A stretch of DNA of 64,000 bases from Octopus sinensis (Eukaryota). The position numbers and the translations under genes are program-made. Below the pieces are notes generated by a model. The model did not search any database, was not told the origin of the DNA, and saw nothing but the letters and a program-made list of their open reading frames with translations. This document shows positions 38,709 to 53,266 of this stretch, one piece after another. Position 1 is the first letter of the stretch; every line of letters begins with the position of its first letter. Location: the NCBI RefSeq assembly GCF_006345805.1, contig NC_043002.1, positions 112,468,001-112,532,000 on the forward strand. Direction: 5' to 3'.

Positions 38709-38748
<40 letters not shown>

Positions 38749-38767
38749 TATTATTATTATTATTATT

Positions 38768-39261
38768 GAGTGAGAGAGCAGTTCATGCCATCAAAGTGAC
38801 ACTGGGGTAAAATATACGAAGCCCAGTATACCCATCATGACTACCCGTCTGATAAGGGTACACCAGGCACATGCATCACAACCATATGTGCGCGACATGG
38901 TGATCTCATATCAAGATAAACAGCACATGACCTTGCAGGTGGGGCCCAGTTAGAATTTTCTTCAGGTTGAGTAGCCCATCCCGCTCAAAGGGTCCCTGAA
39001 TAAGGGTTGTTTAAGGATGTTGAAAGAACCACCCATGTTTCCAGAGGTGAATTATTCAAACCCCAAAGAATCCCTCTCAACACATGGCTATGATGCTCCC
39101 CCACTACTTCTGCTCGTGATCAGAGATGCACATATCGTCAGCCACTAAGGGTCATGCTCAACTGGTTACGGTCAAACAACTGACAAGCAAATCTGTGGTA
39201 TTGAGCAGAATATTTGCTGTAGCCCATCTTTTATACGAAGACATGATAACACTTCTAATCA

Positions 39262-39264
<3 letters not shown>
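38768..39264 (-). mobile_element. Family D, 5'-truncated
   Basis: Matches 29603-30156; both ends in (TTA)n. Confidence 0.88.
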
Positions 39265-39319
<55 letters not shown>

Positions 39320-39320
<1 letters not shown>

Positions 39321-41030
39321 TCTTAATCACAGGTTTTGTTGGAGCCCTTGCGGCCTTTAAAACTTGATTCTTTGCTGTCAATTCCATTCTCCAGCATTTC
39401 ATGCTATTCCATATAAGGTTCCTCATATTCTCTGCTACTCCATCTATTTCCATTGCTTTTATTATCCAGGAACGTGGTATCATATCGTATGCTTTACAAT
39501 GGTCAACCTATGCCATGCTCAGGTTTGTGTCTCTTCTCTTGCAGTTCCTGATAATTAGATTATCAATTAAGAGCTGATCCCTCATTCTCCGGCCCCTCTT
39601 TCGGCACCCTTTTCTGTTCAATATGTAGCAGACCACTGTTTTCCAGGTATCTCTACAGTTCACCAACGTACCTGACATTAGTTTCCATATTAGCGGAAAG
39701 CACGTTACGGGTCTAAAGTTGGGTGCAACATTTCCCTTTTCAGGATCCTTCGCACACAACAATGCCTTTCCTTTTGTCATTCTGCTGGATACTGCGCCTT
39801 CCTACAAGCACTCATCTAGCTGTTAGGCTATCCTTTCATGGAGCCCTCTCAGCTTCTTCATCCAATAACCTTGGACCCCATCCGGTTCTGCCTCTTCCAA
39901 TTTGGGTATCTTTTGTAACTGCTCATTCATTTCTGCAGTTATCTTTATATCTTCTTGGCCTTCTATATTTCAGGGGGCTGTTTTAAGTGTCCAATCAATC
40001 TCATATTTACGCTTCAAGAGCTGCCAAAATGTCTTCATCTGCTCTCTTTATTCTTTCTTAAATGATGTCGGATCTACGACTTCGTTCACTTTTACGATTC
40101 CCTGCATTTCTCACTGCTTCAAGCATTTCTTCCTTTGACGTACCAAGCCAAGCTATTCTCCTCTTCCCGTACACAACGTCCAAAATACTCCAATCCCCGT
40201 CCTCTTTCATTCCTCTTTACACACAATCTTGACACATCACTCTTGGGGTGTGGTTCTCCAGTCTATCTCTTGTAATTCATGCTTCTTCCAAGATGTTATT
40301 CCTGTCCCATATCTCATCAAAGCAACCGCCCACGTGTTAATTGCTCTAATCTTATAGCGGCCATTTAGCTTCCATTGGAGCACAAACCGAGTTCTCTTCA
40401 AATACTCTTTCCTGTACATTTCTTTCATCTCGTGTTCATTCATCTTACCTCTTTCAAGGATACTCAGGTACCTATATCCTTCCTCTCTGACTGCCTTTAT
40501 AGTTTCATAACTTTCCAGTTTGATCCTATGGGTTTTACTGATTTACCACCGGGATCACCATTACTTTCCTCATGCCCCATAACTTTCCTATCTCATCCCG
40601 CAGGGGCTGGTATTTCTTAACCTTTTCTATTTCCTTACATTTTACCCTCGAATCGCCTAGTATTACAACATCTATTATACTTCTTTTTCATCCTTATGGA
40701 TGAGCACGACATCTGGTCGTCTCGCTTCTATGAATTGGTCGCACAGCATGTTAAAATCCCAGAGTATTTTGTAACGTTTGTTTTCCATTATTCCTTCGGG
40801 CTTGTGTTCATACCATTGTTCCGCTCTCTCGAGGTTCGCTTTAACGCACGACATTTACACCACATTTCTCGAACCCAAAATTCCATGCCAATATATTTGC
40901 TAATCAGCTGCGCAGTTGCCGTCAAACTCTCAATTTCTTTCTCACACTTAGCGAATAGCTTTAGTTCATCCATAAACCACAGGTTGTTTGCATTCATCCT
41001 GCTTAGCATCTACCCTACATGGATCTTTCG
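39320..41030 (-). pseudogene. Scrambled R4/Dong-type retrotransposon ORF fragments
   Basis: NLWFMDELKLFAK; WYEHKPEG..RRPDVVL..KYQPL; EMYRKEY..KLNGRYKIRAINTWAV; PDGVQGYWMKKL, NFRPVTC, PRSWI; ends in (TAA)n. Confidence 0.88.
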
Positions 41031-41044
41031 TCTTCTTCTTCTTC

Positions 41045-41136
<92 letters not shown>

Positions 41137-41154
41137 GCTCTTGTTGTTGTTGTT

Positions 41155-41950
41155 AATCAGTAGTCGTATTTTCATCACGTGTTTTCACTGCATTACCGAG
41201 CTCATCTCTTTGTGCCTTGGGTATTGCTGTGGTTTGTTGTGATGCTCTTACTTTTACTGTATTGAAAGTTTTTTTTTTACGTAGGATGTTTGCAGTGCCT
41301 AATAGTACTATTTTCTGTATATTAGTCCTTGTTAGTCCTGGTGTTTTTTGCTATGTATTTATCTTGCGCCTACTATGATAAGAGTTGTTTCTGGTTTTAG
41401 ACTCTACATTCTAGTTACCCCTATTTCCAAATCTTTGTATTTTGAAAGTTCCTCCGTTTCTTTTACAGAAACATTGTTATCTGCTGGTATTGATACATCG
41501 ATTTGGAAGCATTTTCTCTCTTGGTGAACTCAGACAACTATATCCGGCATATTGGCCTTAATATCTCTATGTGTGTGTATTGGTATATCCCACAATTATT
41601 GGTTGCTTTCTCATTTTCTGTGACCTTTTCTGACGTGTGTCTATACCACCCTTTTTCTGTTGTTACTCCGTAGTGTTGGCATAGCTTCCAATGTATGTAG
41701 GTCCCGACTCTGTCGTGTCTGTGAATATATTCCTTCTTAGCCAGGACTGGGCAGTCAGAGACAATATGATTTATTGTTTCTTCTCCATTTCCACATATTC
41801 TGCAGGATACATTGCTGTTCCAGTTTTAGTTTGGCTTTCAGGTTTTTACAGCATTTTTGTTTCTTTATTTTCTTCACAGTTGTTAGATGCTATGACTTCT
41901 TTTTTGTATTTGTCAGCTTCCTGAAAACAGCGCCTACATTGCTGGCTTGC
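41155..41950 (-). pseudogene. R4/Dong-type 3' end (CCHC region, RLE domain, 3' UTR), decayed
   Basis: HIVSDCPVLAKKEYIHRHDRVGTYIHWKLC, NMPDIVV..IDVSIPAD..KYKDL; runs into (AAC)n(AAT)n. Confidence 0.85.
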
Positions 41951-43764
41951 AGCATCTCTCGGCGTTAAAATAAGAATCAAGTTCAATTGTTATGCTTCAG
42001 ACATCCTCAACTACAAGAACACCTTTTATACAAGGAATATTATGAAGATCTATAAATTTTTGCATCAAAATTAAAATAACTTTTACGAAGTATTGAATTC
42101 CCAGGTATCCTTTTAATTAATAATTATGAATGAGCAACATCAAATGGTATGAAGATAGTTCTTTTTGCCTATTTGGGACAATGAAGCAGAGAGAACTTAA
42201 CAGTTAAAACTTGACCCATGTGTCTATCACTTGCAGAGCAACTACGTCAGAACATCTGCTAAAACCTCTCACTCAAATTGGACACAAATTTTTTTATTTC
42301 TTATTCATTTTCCAGTCTGTTTTCTTTTTTCTTTTACTTTCTACAAAATAATTGGCCAGTTACTTAGCGCAACCGGACAAGTTATATTAATTATAATACA
42401 TAATTAATCGGAAAAGACGATAAATTTGTTTTCAGAAGTGATATGATCAAGAGACGAAAAGGTCGACAGCCCGTCTGGGTGGCAGTAAGTGTAAATTATT
42501 AGAAGAGAATTTATTGATCAGGTCAGATAGCTGTTTTCCGTTGAACATATTTCAGAATACCATTGATTTAAATGGCTCTCTATTCTAAATGTAGAAGTCG
42601 TTTCGATAAAGTTGAACCTTACGTAACTATCAGCGACCAAATTATCTTATTTCAAACCAAGGTAATAATTGAGTCCCTTGCAATGAATAGTACTGAAAAG
42701 CGATGAGTGTTGAGTCATTTGGCTTCAAGGGATAGTAAAGGGGTGGTTTTGAGGTTCATGTCATTGCCACTGACCTTACTGATAAGAAAACGACTAAGCT
42801 CGTTATACACGAGGGATCGAAACTGGGTTACAAACTTGGCTTAACTACAGCTATCCTTCGCTCACAGTGTAGCCGTTATCAAGCTATCACGATAAAATTA
42901 TGATTACTGTATTGATGTAAGAGTCAACCAGAAACGATCATACAACCTATAAGTGATGTTTTTGATAAAAATCAGTTCCACTGAGTATAGCTTCTGTTAT
43001 ACAAACTGAAATAGATCACGGTGGAATAGATAAGAGCTCCACCGATCTTATACATAATGTATTGAGTCTTAATGCTATACACAGTTTAGTTTTGTTTTAT
43101 GAAATTATGCCTATCCATATCCTTACCACGACGCTACATTGATATTGCTATAAGGTAATCCCTGTCACATGATATCAATGTTATCTTTGAAATTGTGATA
43201 GTGTTGCCACGATCTTGCTTACCATTCAGCAAATGTAATAATTCTCTCAGATTAAAGTTAAGAACCGGTAACCTGTTCATACATTTAAATCTGGTGATTC
43301 AATCGATACACGGTTATTTTCCATTCAGTTGTTTTCGATTCAGCGTTAGATGAAGCTTATCTTTACTATCTACGCTATACGAAAGTGGGTTGGACGGGAA
43401 GAAGCCCCCAAGGTCGTTTGACTACCACTAGCTATCGGCTCCTAAAAATAATAAATATCTTTTGTATGGAATGGACTAGGTCTGAAATATTTGTGGAGAT
43501 TGTTAATTTCAAATTAATTTAAATAAGATCTTCTCCAACGACTATTGAGTAAATGTAAACATGATTAGCCTTGGTGTGAAGTTTGCTTCAATTAAGAAAG
43601 TGTTTATGTAATTAAAAAGTAGTGTGTCATGAATTATGGTTACATTAGACTCCCATTGGGTTTTCTATACAGCCACGTTGCCTCTACACAGCATAGGATC
43701 TCTTATGACAATGGAACCCTTCGAAAGAGCAATTTTCAGGAACTGAATGATAGATCGAGGCACT

Positions 43765-44162
43765 TACTCTTTTACTCTTTTACTTGTTTCAGTCATTTGA
43801 CTGCGGCCATGCTGGAGCACCGCCTTTAGTCGAGCAAACCAATCCCGGGACTTATTCTTTTGTAAGCCCAGTACTTATTCTATTGGTCTCTTTTGCCGAA
43901 CCGCTAAGTAACGGGGACATAAACACACCAGCATCGGTTGTCAAGCAATGCTAGGGGTACAAACACAGACACACACACGCATATATATACATATATACGA
44001 CGGGCTTCTTTCAGTTTCCGTCTACCAAATCCACTCACAAGGCTTTGGTCGGCCCGAGGCTTATAGTAGAAGACACTTGCCCAAGGTGCCACGCAGTGGT
44101 ACTGAACCCGGAACCATGTGGTTGGTAAACAAGCTACTTACCACACAGCCACCCCTGCGCCT
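43765..44162 (-). mobile_element. SINE family A, full length
   Basis: Reverse complement of 23298-23700. Confidence 0.92.
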
Positions 44163-44504
44163 TGTTAGAAAAAGCAATCAAATCGTCTTAAAATCATTAA
44201 AAAAAAACTACGAAATTCGTTTTGTTAAAGAATTTCACATAGGATGATGTAAAACTGAATAGTCAAAAACACGGGATCGAAAAGACTAGAATTCCTTTGA
44301 TCTGAGTTTCGCTCGATCACGGCCAGCCCCGGGGATAAAATAAAAGCAACACATGATATGGTTGTTTATTAAGTATTTCTTAACCATTCAGAGTATCTGT
44401 TCATGACGAGAGAAAGAACAAAATGAAATGTTTAGAAGTGATCAAATACTGCAAAATAGTAGCTAAAAAATATAACAGGAGACACAAATATACCGAAGAA
44501 GAAG

Positions 44505-44633
<129 letters not shown>

Positions 44634-45012
44634 ATGCAAGAGTTGATGGAATTCTAGGAAAAACTTTCTTCTGCTATTTAGCTGCACTTCATTATGTCCT
44701 GAGTTCATATCCCGCGGATGTCAACAAATTATTAAAACACCTTCCGGTATTTCTTTCATCTCTTTATTTTAAAAGTGTGAATCCCGCCAAGGTCATCTTT
44801 GCCTCTCATCCTTTAAGGATCAATAATATAAAATGCCAGTCAAGTGCTTTGGGGAATGCCGTCGACTAATCCCTTCTCCTAAATGATTATTGGCTGCGCC
44901 AAAATTAGAAACAATTGTTATTACTATTAAAAATTCGGTATACGCAATTCAGTAATATCAAATTAAAATAGCCATTGGCAAATCAATGGAGTGTATACAT
45001 TAAGTATGATAC

Positions 45013-45466
45013 GTCCAGAAGCTGGCTACCCGCATGGTTCTTGGTCTCAAGAATTTGTCTTATGAAGAAAGGCTGAAGACGCTCGACCTTTATTCTCTAG
45101 AAAAACGACGACGCCGTGGTGATCTCATTCTTGCTCACAACATCATAAGCGGAAAGTGTAACCTCTCGAAAGAGCTGTTCTTCACTCCTGCTCCAGAGCG
45201 TCGGCTGCGGGGTCATTCCGAAAAGCTCTATCTGCGACGATTTCATCTCAGTCGAAGGAGAGGAGCTTTCTCCGTCTGGGTTGCGGATTCGTGGAATAAG
45301 CTGCCGGACGAGATGGTGAAGATGCCGACGACCGCTCGGTTCAAAGTCTCCCTTGACCACAAGTGGCCTGAACTCTTTACATGAACACCACCCTGTACAT
45401 AACTCCATGTCCCCCTACATGGCCTTGCTTTTTGCTTTTTGAGCCAAAAATTAACTAACTAACTAA
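45013..45466 (+). mobile_element. CR1-clade LINE 3' end (ORF2 C-terminus, 3' UTR, (CTAA)n tail)
   Basis: LSYEERLKTLDLYSLEKRRRRGDLI..LRGHSEKL..WNKLP..FKVSLD is the typical CR1 ORF2 C-terminus. Confidence 0.92.
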
Positions 45467-46954
45467 ATTATTAAAATTTCAAGCGGACGAATGTGTCTGA
45501 CAGCCTCCACTTAGAAGATGATCTTTTAATCCTATTTTACATAAAGGTATTCTTTTATTCCCGTTTTATTAATGTTATTGAAATGAAAGCGTCTTGCCTA
45601 AGATATGAGCTAAACAGAGCTATCACCAATTATTACTGTTTTAATTTAATTTCTTTGTAATTTGTTATTTTTATCAACATCATTCAGTCAATGATTTGAT
45701 GAGAGGCTTATCAAAATATTGAATTTTTGTTTGATCCACTAGTCAGTCAAGAGTGATATGTTAAAGATCATAGTGGTCACGTTGTTGCTATGGTACCATA
45801 TTTGATACATTTTTAGAGCACTTTGTATCTGTTTCCAGTTTGAAGTGTTACCATATTCCTCTGCAGGCACATCTGTCCATTCAATCATGTCTGAAATTAT
45901 TTGGACTTGACAAAGACCCGTCATCGTGATATGATGTTGTGAACCGTTTCAATGTGCTTGTTGCATAGTTTGTTCTTAATATCAACATCTTTTTCACTGT
46001 TAACCTTTTGTGCATAGTTATGCTTAATCATCGAAGGCTTTCATTCTGGCTTACTTCCTTGCCGGTGCTTGCGACGTATTGGCCACAGAGTGGTTTTTAA
46101 CCATATTTTCTTCAGTAAATTTTTGTATTGTTTTGGTTTTGTTACTTGGATTTTTTAACCTTATCTGTTATTTTGCTTTTAGCTAAATTTCATTCTTCTG
46201 TGTAATTTGTTTCTAGTGAGCAGGGCTATTCAAATCGAGCTTCGCTTCTTGAACAATGAATGGAATCATTTGATCATCTACTCCGATATAATTCCGAAAT
46301 ACAGAATACTTTTCCTCACGAGTCTGCTTGATAATGGCAGACTTGGGGCTAACAACAATAACAGCGATGTTTCAATAACACTTATCAATAGTTGCATTGA
46401 AATTTCGGTGTATATATACGGTTACTCTGGCAAAAATTGACTCCGGTTCGATTGAGCCAAGTTCAGGTGTCCGAGCTCAAGACAAACTCCTTCTTACATG
46501 CAGCAGAAACTTAAGCAATATTCATTTGTTGAAGCTATATAACTGAGAGAGCTTTAAATTTTCGCTTCTGTGATATATCTGACATATATCATGAGATTGA
46601 CAAATCAAATAACATGAAAACATAAATGCTACCGTTTAATGGCTGTTTTCTGTCGTATCATTTATTGCCTAAAGGAACCTGTCTAAAAACAAAAAATTCT
46701 AAGAAATGTTTACCCTTGATTTATCTGTAACTTATCGCTTACAACGCAAGACACCGCAGCGTAAGTCTTGTTAGGTTTTTTTCCTGATGTATATCTCTTA
46801 TCTGGATTTTTCCTTAACTCTTTAACAAGTTCCACTTCTTGTGCTTGAAGGAATTTTTTGTTTCCTTCTTCGTGACATTTTTTTCAGTGTTTTAAGTAAG
46901 AATTTTTCTTTAATATTTTACAATACATTTTTCTTAAAATATTTCTCCATATAT

Positions 46955-47123
46955 ACACACATACATGCATACATACATACATACATACATACATGCATGC
47001 ATACATACATACATACATACATACATACATACATACATACACATACATACATACATACATACATACATACATACATACATACATACATACATACATACAC
47101 ACACATAGACACACACATATATA

Positions 47124-47159
<36 letters not shown>

Positions 47160-47410
47160 TGTATGTATGTATGTATGCATGCATGCATGTATGTATGTAT
47201 GTATGTATGTATGTATGTATGTATGTATGTATGCATGCACGTATGTATGTATGTATGTATGTATGCATGCATGTATGTATGTATGTATTATGTATGTATG
47301 TATGTATGTATGTAAGTATGTATGAATGTATGTATGTATGTATGCATGCATGCATGTATGTATGTATGTATGTATGTATGTATGTATGTATGTATGTATG
47401 TATGCATGTA
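46955..47410. repeat. (TACA)n-(TA)n-(TATG)n inverted microsatellite
   Basis: Direct reading. Confidence 0.95.
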
Positions 47411-47944
47411 TATAATATTTCCATTAATTTCATTCAATCAAGACTTAATGTAATCCATAGCTGTCCCTTCACTAGATATAGATGCAAAAAAACATGGTTT
47501 TTTCTGTATGTAGACAGTCATTATCCTTATTTTCAATGCGTTTTTTTTTCTTCCTAACCACCATGCTTCAAAGATCAACTATCCTCGCAATCCTGCTCTT
47601 TATCTCAGTGTGTTTTTGCTTTAACAAAATACAAAAAAATCCCAGCGCCATCTACATTTTATATAGCCGACATAACTGTTAAGTCTAATGCAGTTTATGA
47701 GTTACGTAAACCACAAAAATATTCAGTCAGCAACTTAAGTCCACAATCGTAATCCCCCTTACGCTTCGATATTAAAATATCACATCCCATGCCAATATCT
47801 TATCACATCTCTGCTCTTCTATTTTGCCATAACATTTACCCTTCTTTTATTCCCCGACGCCATATTCCTAAATCATGTTTTTCACATTTATTCATGGTTG
47901 TTTTTGCTATAGTTTTTGTAGCGGCTATTGTTGTTCTTTTTTCT

Positions 47945-48345
<401 letters not shown>

Positions 48346-48979
48346 AGTGAGCGAGCAGAGCATGCCATCAAAGTGACACTGGGGTAAAATATACGAAGCC
48401 CTTATACCCATTATGACTATATTATGATTAGGGTACACCGCACATGCATCACAACCATATGTGCGCGACATGTGATCTCATATCAAGATAAACAGCACAT
48501 GACCTTGCAGGTGGGGCCCGTTAGAATTTTCTTATGGTTTGAGTAGCCCATTATAGCTTAAAGGTCCATGAATAAGGGTTGTTTAAGGATGTTGAAAGAA
48601 CCACCCATGTTTCCAGAGGTGAACTATTCAAACCCCAAAGAATCCCTCTCAAACATGGCTATGATGCTCCCCTACTACTTCTGCTCGTGATCAGAGATGC
48701 ACATATCGTCAGCCACTAAGGGACATGCTCAACTGGTAAGGTCAAACAACTGACAAGCAAATCTGTGGTATTGAGCAGAATATTATTATTATATTATTAT
48801 TATTATCATTATTATTATTATATTATATTATTATTATTATTATACTATTACTACTACTACTGCTGCTGTTGCTACTACTACTGATGTTGCTGCTGCTGCT
48901 GCAACTACATTTCTTTTTCCCTTTTTCGCCTTCTTCCACTATCACAAATGATACCAATCTTATTGCTTCTCCAACAACA

Positions 48980-49019
48980 ACAACAACAACAACAGTAATA
49001 ATACTTTCTTTTACAATGG

Positions 49020-49058
<39 letters not shown>

Positions 49059-49132
49059 CGACGACGATGATGACGACGATGATGATGATGATGATGACGA
49101 TGATGATGATGACGACGATGATGATGACGATA

Positions 49133-49187
<55 letters not shown>

Positions 49188-49370
49188 CGACGATGATGAT
49201 GACGATGATGATGATGATGATGATGATGACGATGATGATGATGATGATGTTGATGAGGATGATGATGATGACGACGACGACGACAGTAATAATAAAAGTA
49301 ATAACAACAGCAACCACAACAACAACAAAAACAACAACAACAACAACAATAATAATAATAATAATAATTC
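48980..49370. repeat. (AAC)/(GAT)/(GAC)/(AAT) trinucleotide low-complexity tract; similar at 38160-38500 and 58310-58850
   Basis: Direct reading. Confidence 0.92.
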
Positions 49371-49577
49371 CGTCTTCATTCCGCCTTTCCATATGTCACA
49401 CATGTGTAGATGATTAAGGAGATAGCCGATGAAACGGTTTTGTAAGTTTCTTTCTCCAAGATGGAATATTACATATTTCACCATCTCCATGTTAACAGCA
49501 TCTCGCTAGTATTCTAATACCGCATCTGAAAGTGTCACACATCGATACAGCAATAAGACTGTTTTCCGTGTCTATAT

Positions 49578-49961
49578 GGAAGCACTCCGTCGGTTACGAC
49601 GACGAGGGTTCCGGTTGATCCGAATCAACGGAACAGCCTGCTCGTGAAATTAACGTGCAAGTGGCTGAGCACTCCACAGACACGTGCACCCTTAACGTAG
49701 TTCTCGGGGATATTCAGCGTGACACAGAGAGTGACAAGGCCGGCCCTTTGAAATACAGGTACAACAGAAACAGGAAGTAAGAGTGAGAGAAAGTTGTGGT
49801 GAAAGAGTACAGCAGGGATCACCACCATCCCCTGCCGGAGCCTCGTGGAGCTTTAGGTGTTTTCGCTCAATAAACACTCATAACGCCCGGTCTTGGAATC
49901 GAAGCCGCGATCCTACGACCGCGAGTCCGCTGCCCTAACCACTGGGCCATTGCGCCTCCAC
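49578..49961 (-). mobile_element. SINE family C, full length
   Basis: 12-bp TSD ccgtgtctatat. Confidence 0.94.
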
Positions 49962-50099
49962 CCGTGTCTATATAAACATACACTGATATACACACAATGG
50001 TGCTTATGTGTGTGTGTGTGTGTGGTGTGTGTGTGTGTGTGCTTGTCTGTGTTTATAGAGAACTAATGGAAATAACTCAAAAGGATCAATAGCATGAAT

Positions 50100-50400
50100 G
50101 TTGTTTGTTCTTTTTTGAGCCATGCCTGGCGCATAAGGGCTGATTTCCCGGTTTCCTTGGCGTATATGTTCCCCACCTGGAGGAGACGCCGGTCCGTCGC
50201 AGGTGAGCTGTAAGGTGCAGATGGAAATAGAGAAAGTTGTGACGAAAGAGTCAGCAGAGGTTCGCCATTACCTTCTGCCGGAGCCGCGTCGAGTTTTGGT
50301 GTTTCGCTCATAGACACTCACATCGCTCGGTCTGAGATTTGAACCCGCGATCCCTTGACCACGAATCCGCTGCTCTAACTACTTTGCCATGTGCCTCCAC
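50100..50400 (-). mobile_element. SINE related to family C (shared head) with a different 3' half
   Basis: 12-bp TSD aatagcatgaat; shares gtggaggc..gcgaaacacc.aa..ctc.acg.ggctccggcag with C, then diverges. Confidence 0.8.
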
Positions 50401-50552
50401 AATAGCATGAATAAGGTTATTTAATTCTAAAGATCATGTATTGGATGTCGAACGTAATAATTTTTTAATTTATTTAAGTGTACTTCTCAGTGCGAGTGAG
50501 AAGATAAAAACATAAAACTTGCCCAGAGCGAAGGGGGAACAATTCCAAGACA

Positions 50553-50641
<89 letters not shown>

Positions 50642-50645
50642 AATG

Positions 50646-50681
<36 letters not shown>

Positions 50682-50682
<1 letters not shown>

Positions 50683-52140
50683 GAGTAAGAGCAATACTCA
50701 AGACAGAGCTGAATGCGAGAAACAGGGTCGAAGCGATCAATGCATTAGCCATACCAGTTGTGACTTACAGTTTCAATATCGTTAACTGGTCAATTACTGA
50801 AATATGTAATCTTGACAGAAAAATACGAAAACTGTTGACAATGCATAGAATGCACCACCCTAAGGCAGATACAGAACGACTTTATCTGCCAAGAAAAGAG
50901 GGAGGCCGTGGACTTTTACAACTGGCAATAACAATGAAGATTGCTACAATTGGCCTAAACACATACCTGAAAAACTCTGAGGACTGGATGTTAAAACTTG
51001 TCTCAAAACATGAAAACAAGAAAGCATCATACTCAGTAACAAAACAGGCAAAGGAATATCTAAGTGAATTCCGAATACAACAAATTTCGGAATTAGAGAT
51101 AGACATACAAGAAACAAGCACAGAAAAGCTAAGCGCATGAAAACCCGTGCTAAATCTGCAGCCTTAGATATTCTGAATAATAAATGGCAAGAAAAATCTC
51201 TCTATGGCAAATACCCAAAGAGAGCAAATAATGCAGATGTTGATAAAGCCCTGACCCATCAATGGCTAATGGCCTCTGGCTTAAAATCTGAAACAGAGGG
51301 GTTTATCATAGCAGCTCAAGATCAATGCCTACCAACAAGAAACTACCAGGCCAACATATTAAAGATCAGAAGCAGTCCAACGTGTCGTGTATGCCAGCAA
51401 CAAAATGAAACCATTGACCATGTGGTCTCCAAGTGCAGTCTTCTAGCGCCTACAGAGTATCTCAACAGACACGATAGAGCTGCACAATATATTCACTGGG
51501 TAATCTGCAAAAACCTGGATTTGCCCCATGAAAAAAAACTGGTGGGAACACAAACCACCCCCAGTGCTTGAAAATGACCACATCTCACTCCTCTGGAACT
51601 TCACCATTCAAACTGACAGAAAGATAGATGCAAATAGGCCAGACATCATATTGAAAGACTTCAAAGAAAGAACATGCCTCCTCATTGATATGACTGTCCC
51701 AATCGATATAAACGTATCTGTCAAGACCTACCAAAAACTGAGCAAATATAAAGATCTTGAAATAGAAATCAGCAAAATGTGGAACCTGAAGACTAAAACA
51801 ATACCTGTTGTCATAGGTGCCCTGGGAATGATAGCAAAAAGGGCTGATAGCTACCTAACTCAGATACCAGGAAACCCCAAAATGGCAGAAATTCAAAAGA
51901 TAGTGCTCATGGAAACTGCTCATATCCTACGCAAAATACTTTCTATGTAATCTCAAGGTTTAAAACAAACATAATTTTCGGTTTTAGTCATTCATTAGTA
52001 CAACACCAAAATCTCCCCCCCCCCAAATATATGGCACACTAGGCATAACAACAACATGAACTTCCAACCTGTTGTCTTTTGAGGTCTCTGGGTGAGACTT
52101 GGACCCAACTTGTACAAATATAAAGCAAAAGTCAAACATA
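50682..52140 (+). mobile_element. R4/Dong-type RLE retrotransposon, 5'-truncated; ORF split over 50682-51140, 51137-51571, 51528-51950
   Basis: LYLPRKEGGRGL, ETEGFIIAAQDQ, CRVC..ETIDHVVSKC (CCHC), RHD, NRPDI..IDMTVP..KYKDL (PD..D RLE); (TAA)n at both ends; two compensating frameshifts. Confidence 0.95.
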
Positions 52141-52156
52141 GAATAATAATAATAAT

Positions 52157-52695
52157 ACGATTCGGTGGGACTTTCCAGTAAATACAGACCGATCCATCAA
52201 AGCCAATAAACCAGATATTGTTGTGAAAGACCAAAACAATAAAGTTTGCTTATTGATCGACATGAGCATCCCCTGTGATCATAATATCTCGGCGAAAAAG
52301 TTTGACAAGCTCAGAAAATATAAAGACCTGCTCATTGAAATTGAGAAAATGTGGCATCTCAAGACGGTTACAATACCAGTGATCATAGGAGCACTAGGAA
52401 TGATCAAGAAGGGAACCGAAAATTATATGAGAATGATCCCTGGCTTACCATCCCTGCAAGAAGTGCAAAAGATTGTCTTAACTGGTACATCACACGTATT
52501 GAGAAGAGCATTGTCGATGTGAGAACTATTACTACCCATGTATTTTAATTTAACCTAAAAAAAATATGAACGAACTAGTGAGTTTAGTTTAATGGCCTAC
52601 CAATGTATACTATGAGTTTCTTTGCCCTAGGAGTCGGGAAGACACTCGGCAAGAAATGGAAGCAAATTTGAAAGAAGAAAAAAAAAGGAAGAAAA
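52157..52695 (+). mobile_element. Second R4/Dong subfamily, RLE C-terminus and 3' UTR
   Basis: NKPDIVVKD..LLIDMSIPCD..KYKDL..IPVIIGALG; (TAA)n at both ends. Confidence 0.92.
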
Positions 52696-52696
52696 A

Positions 52697-52859
<163 letters not shown>

Positions 52860-53266
52860 GGGTGTAGACACAAGCGTAGAGGTACGAAGGACCAATTACT
52901 AATCGATAAGACTTTCCTGGCTGACTGCAAGAAAAGACACAAAAGTTTGGCGATGGCATGGGTGGACTACAGGAGACCATGTGACATGGTCCCACACTCG
53001 TGGATTATTGAATGCCTTCAACTTTTTAAGGTCGCCCACAGCATACTGAAGTTAATGCAAAACTTAATGACAACGTGGCGAACTGAACTCGCGGCATGAG
53101 GAGATAAGCTGGGAGAGGTATTTATCAAAAGAGGAATCTTTCTACGGTAGTCTGTCGCCTCTCCTATTTTTTGTCTGCATATTGCCGCTAACGAGCGTTT
53201 TGAGAAAGTTGCGTGTAGGATACATACTAGGCATAGGCGCAGGAGTGGCTGTGTGGTAAGTAGCTT

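Noticed and set aside
42770-42835. CTGATAA...GAAACTGGGTT hammerhead-like string
   Set aside because: Uncompensated G8A and no stem I; within chance expectation
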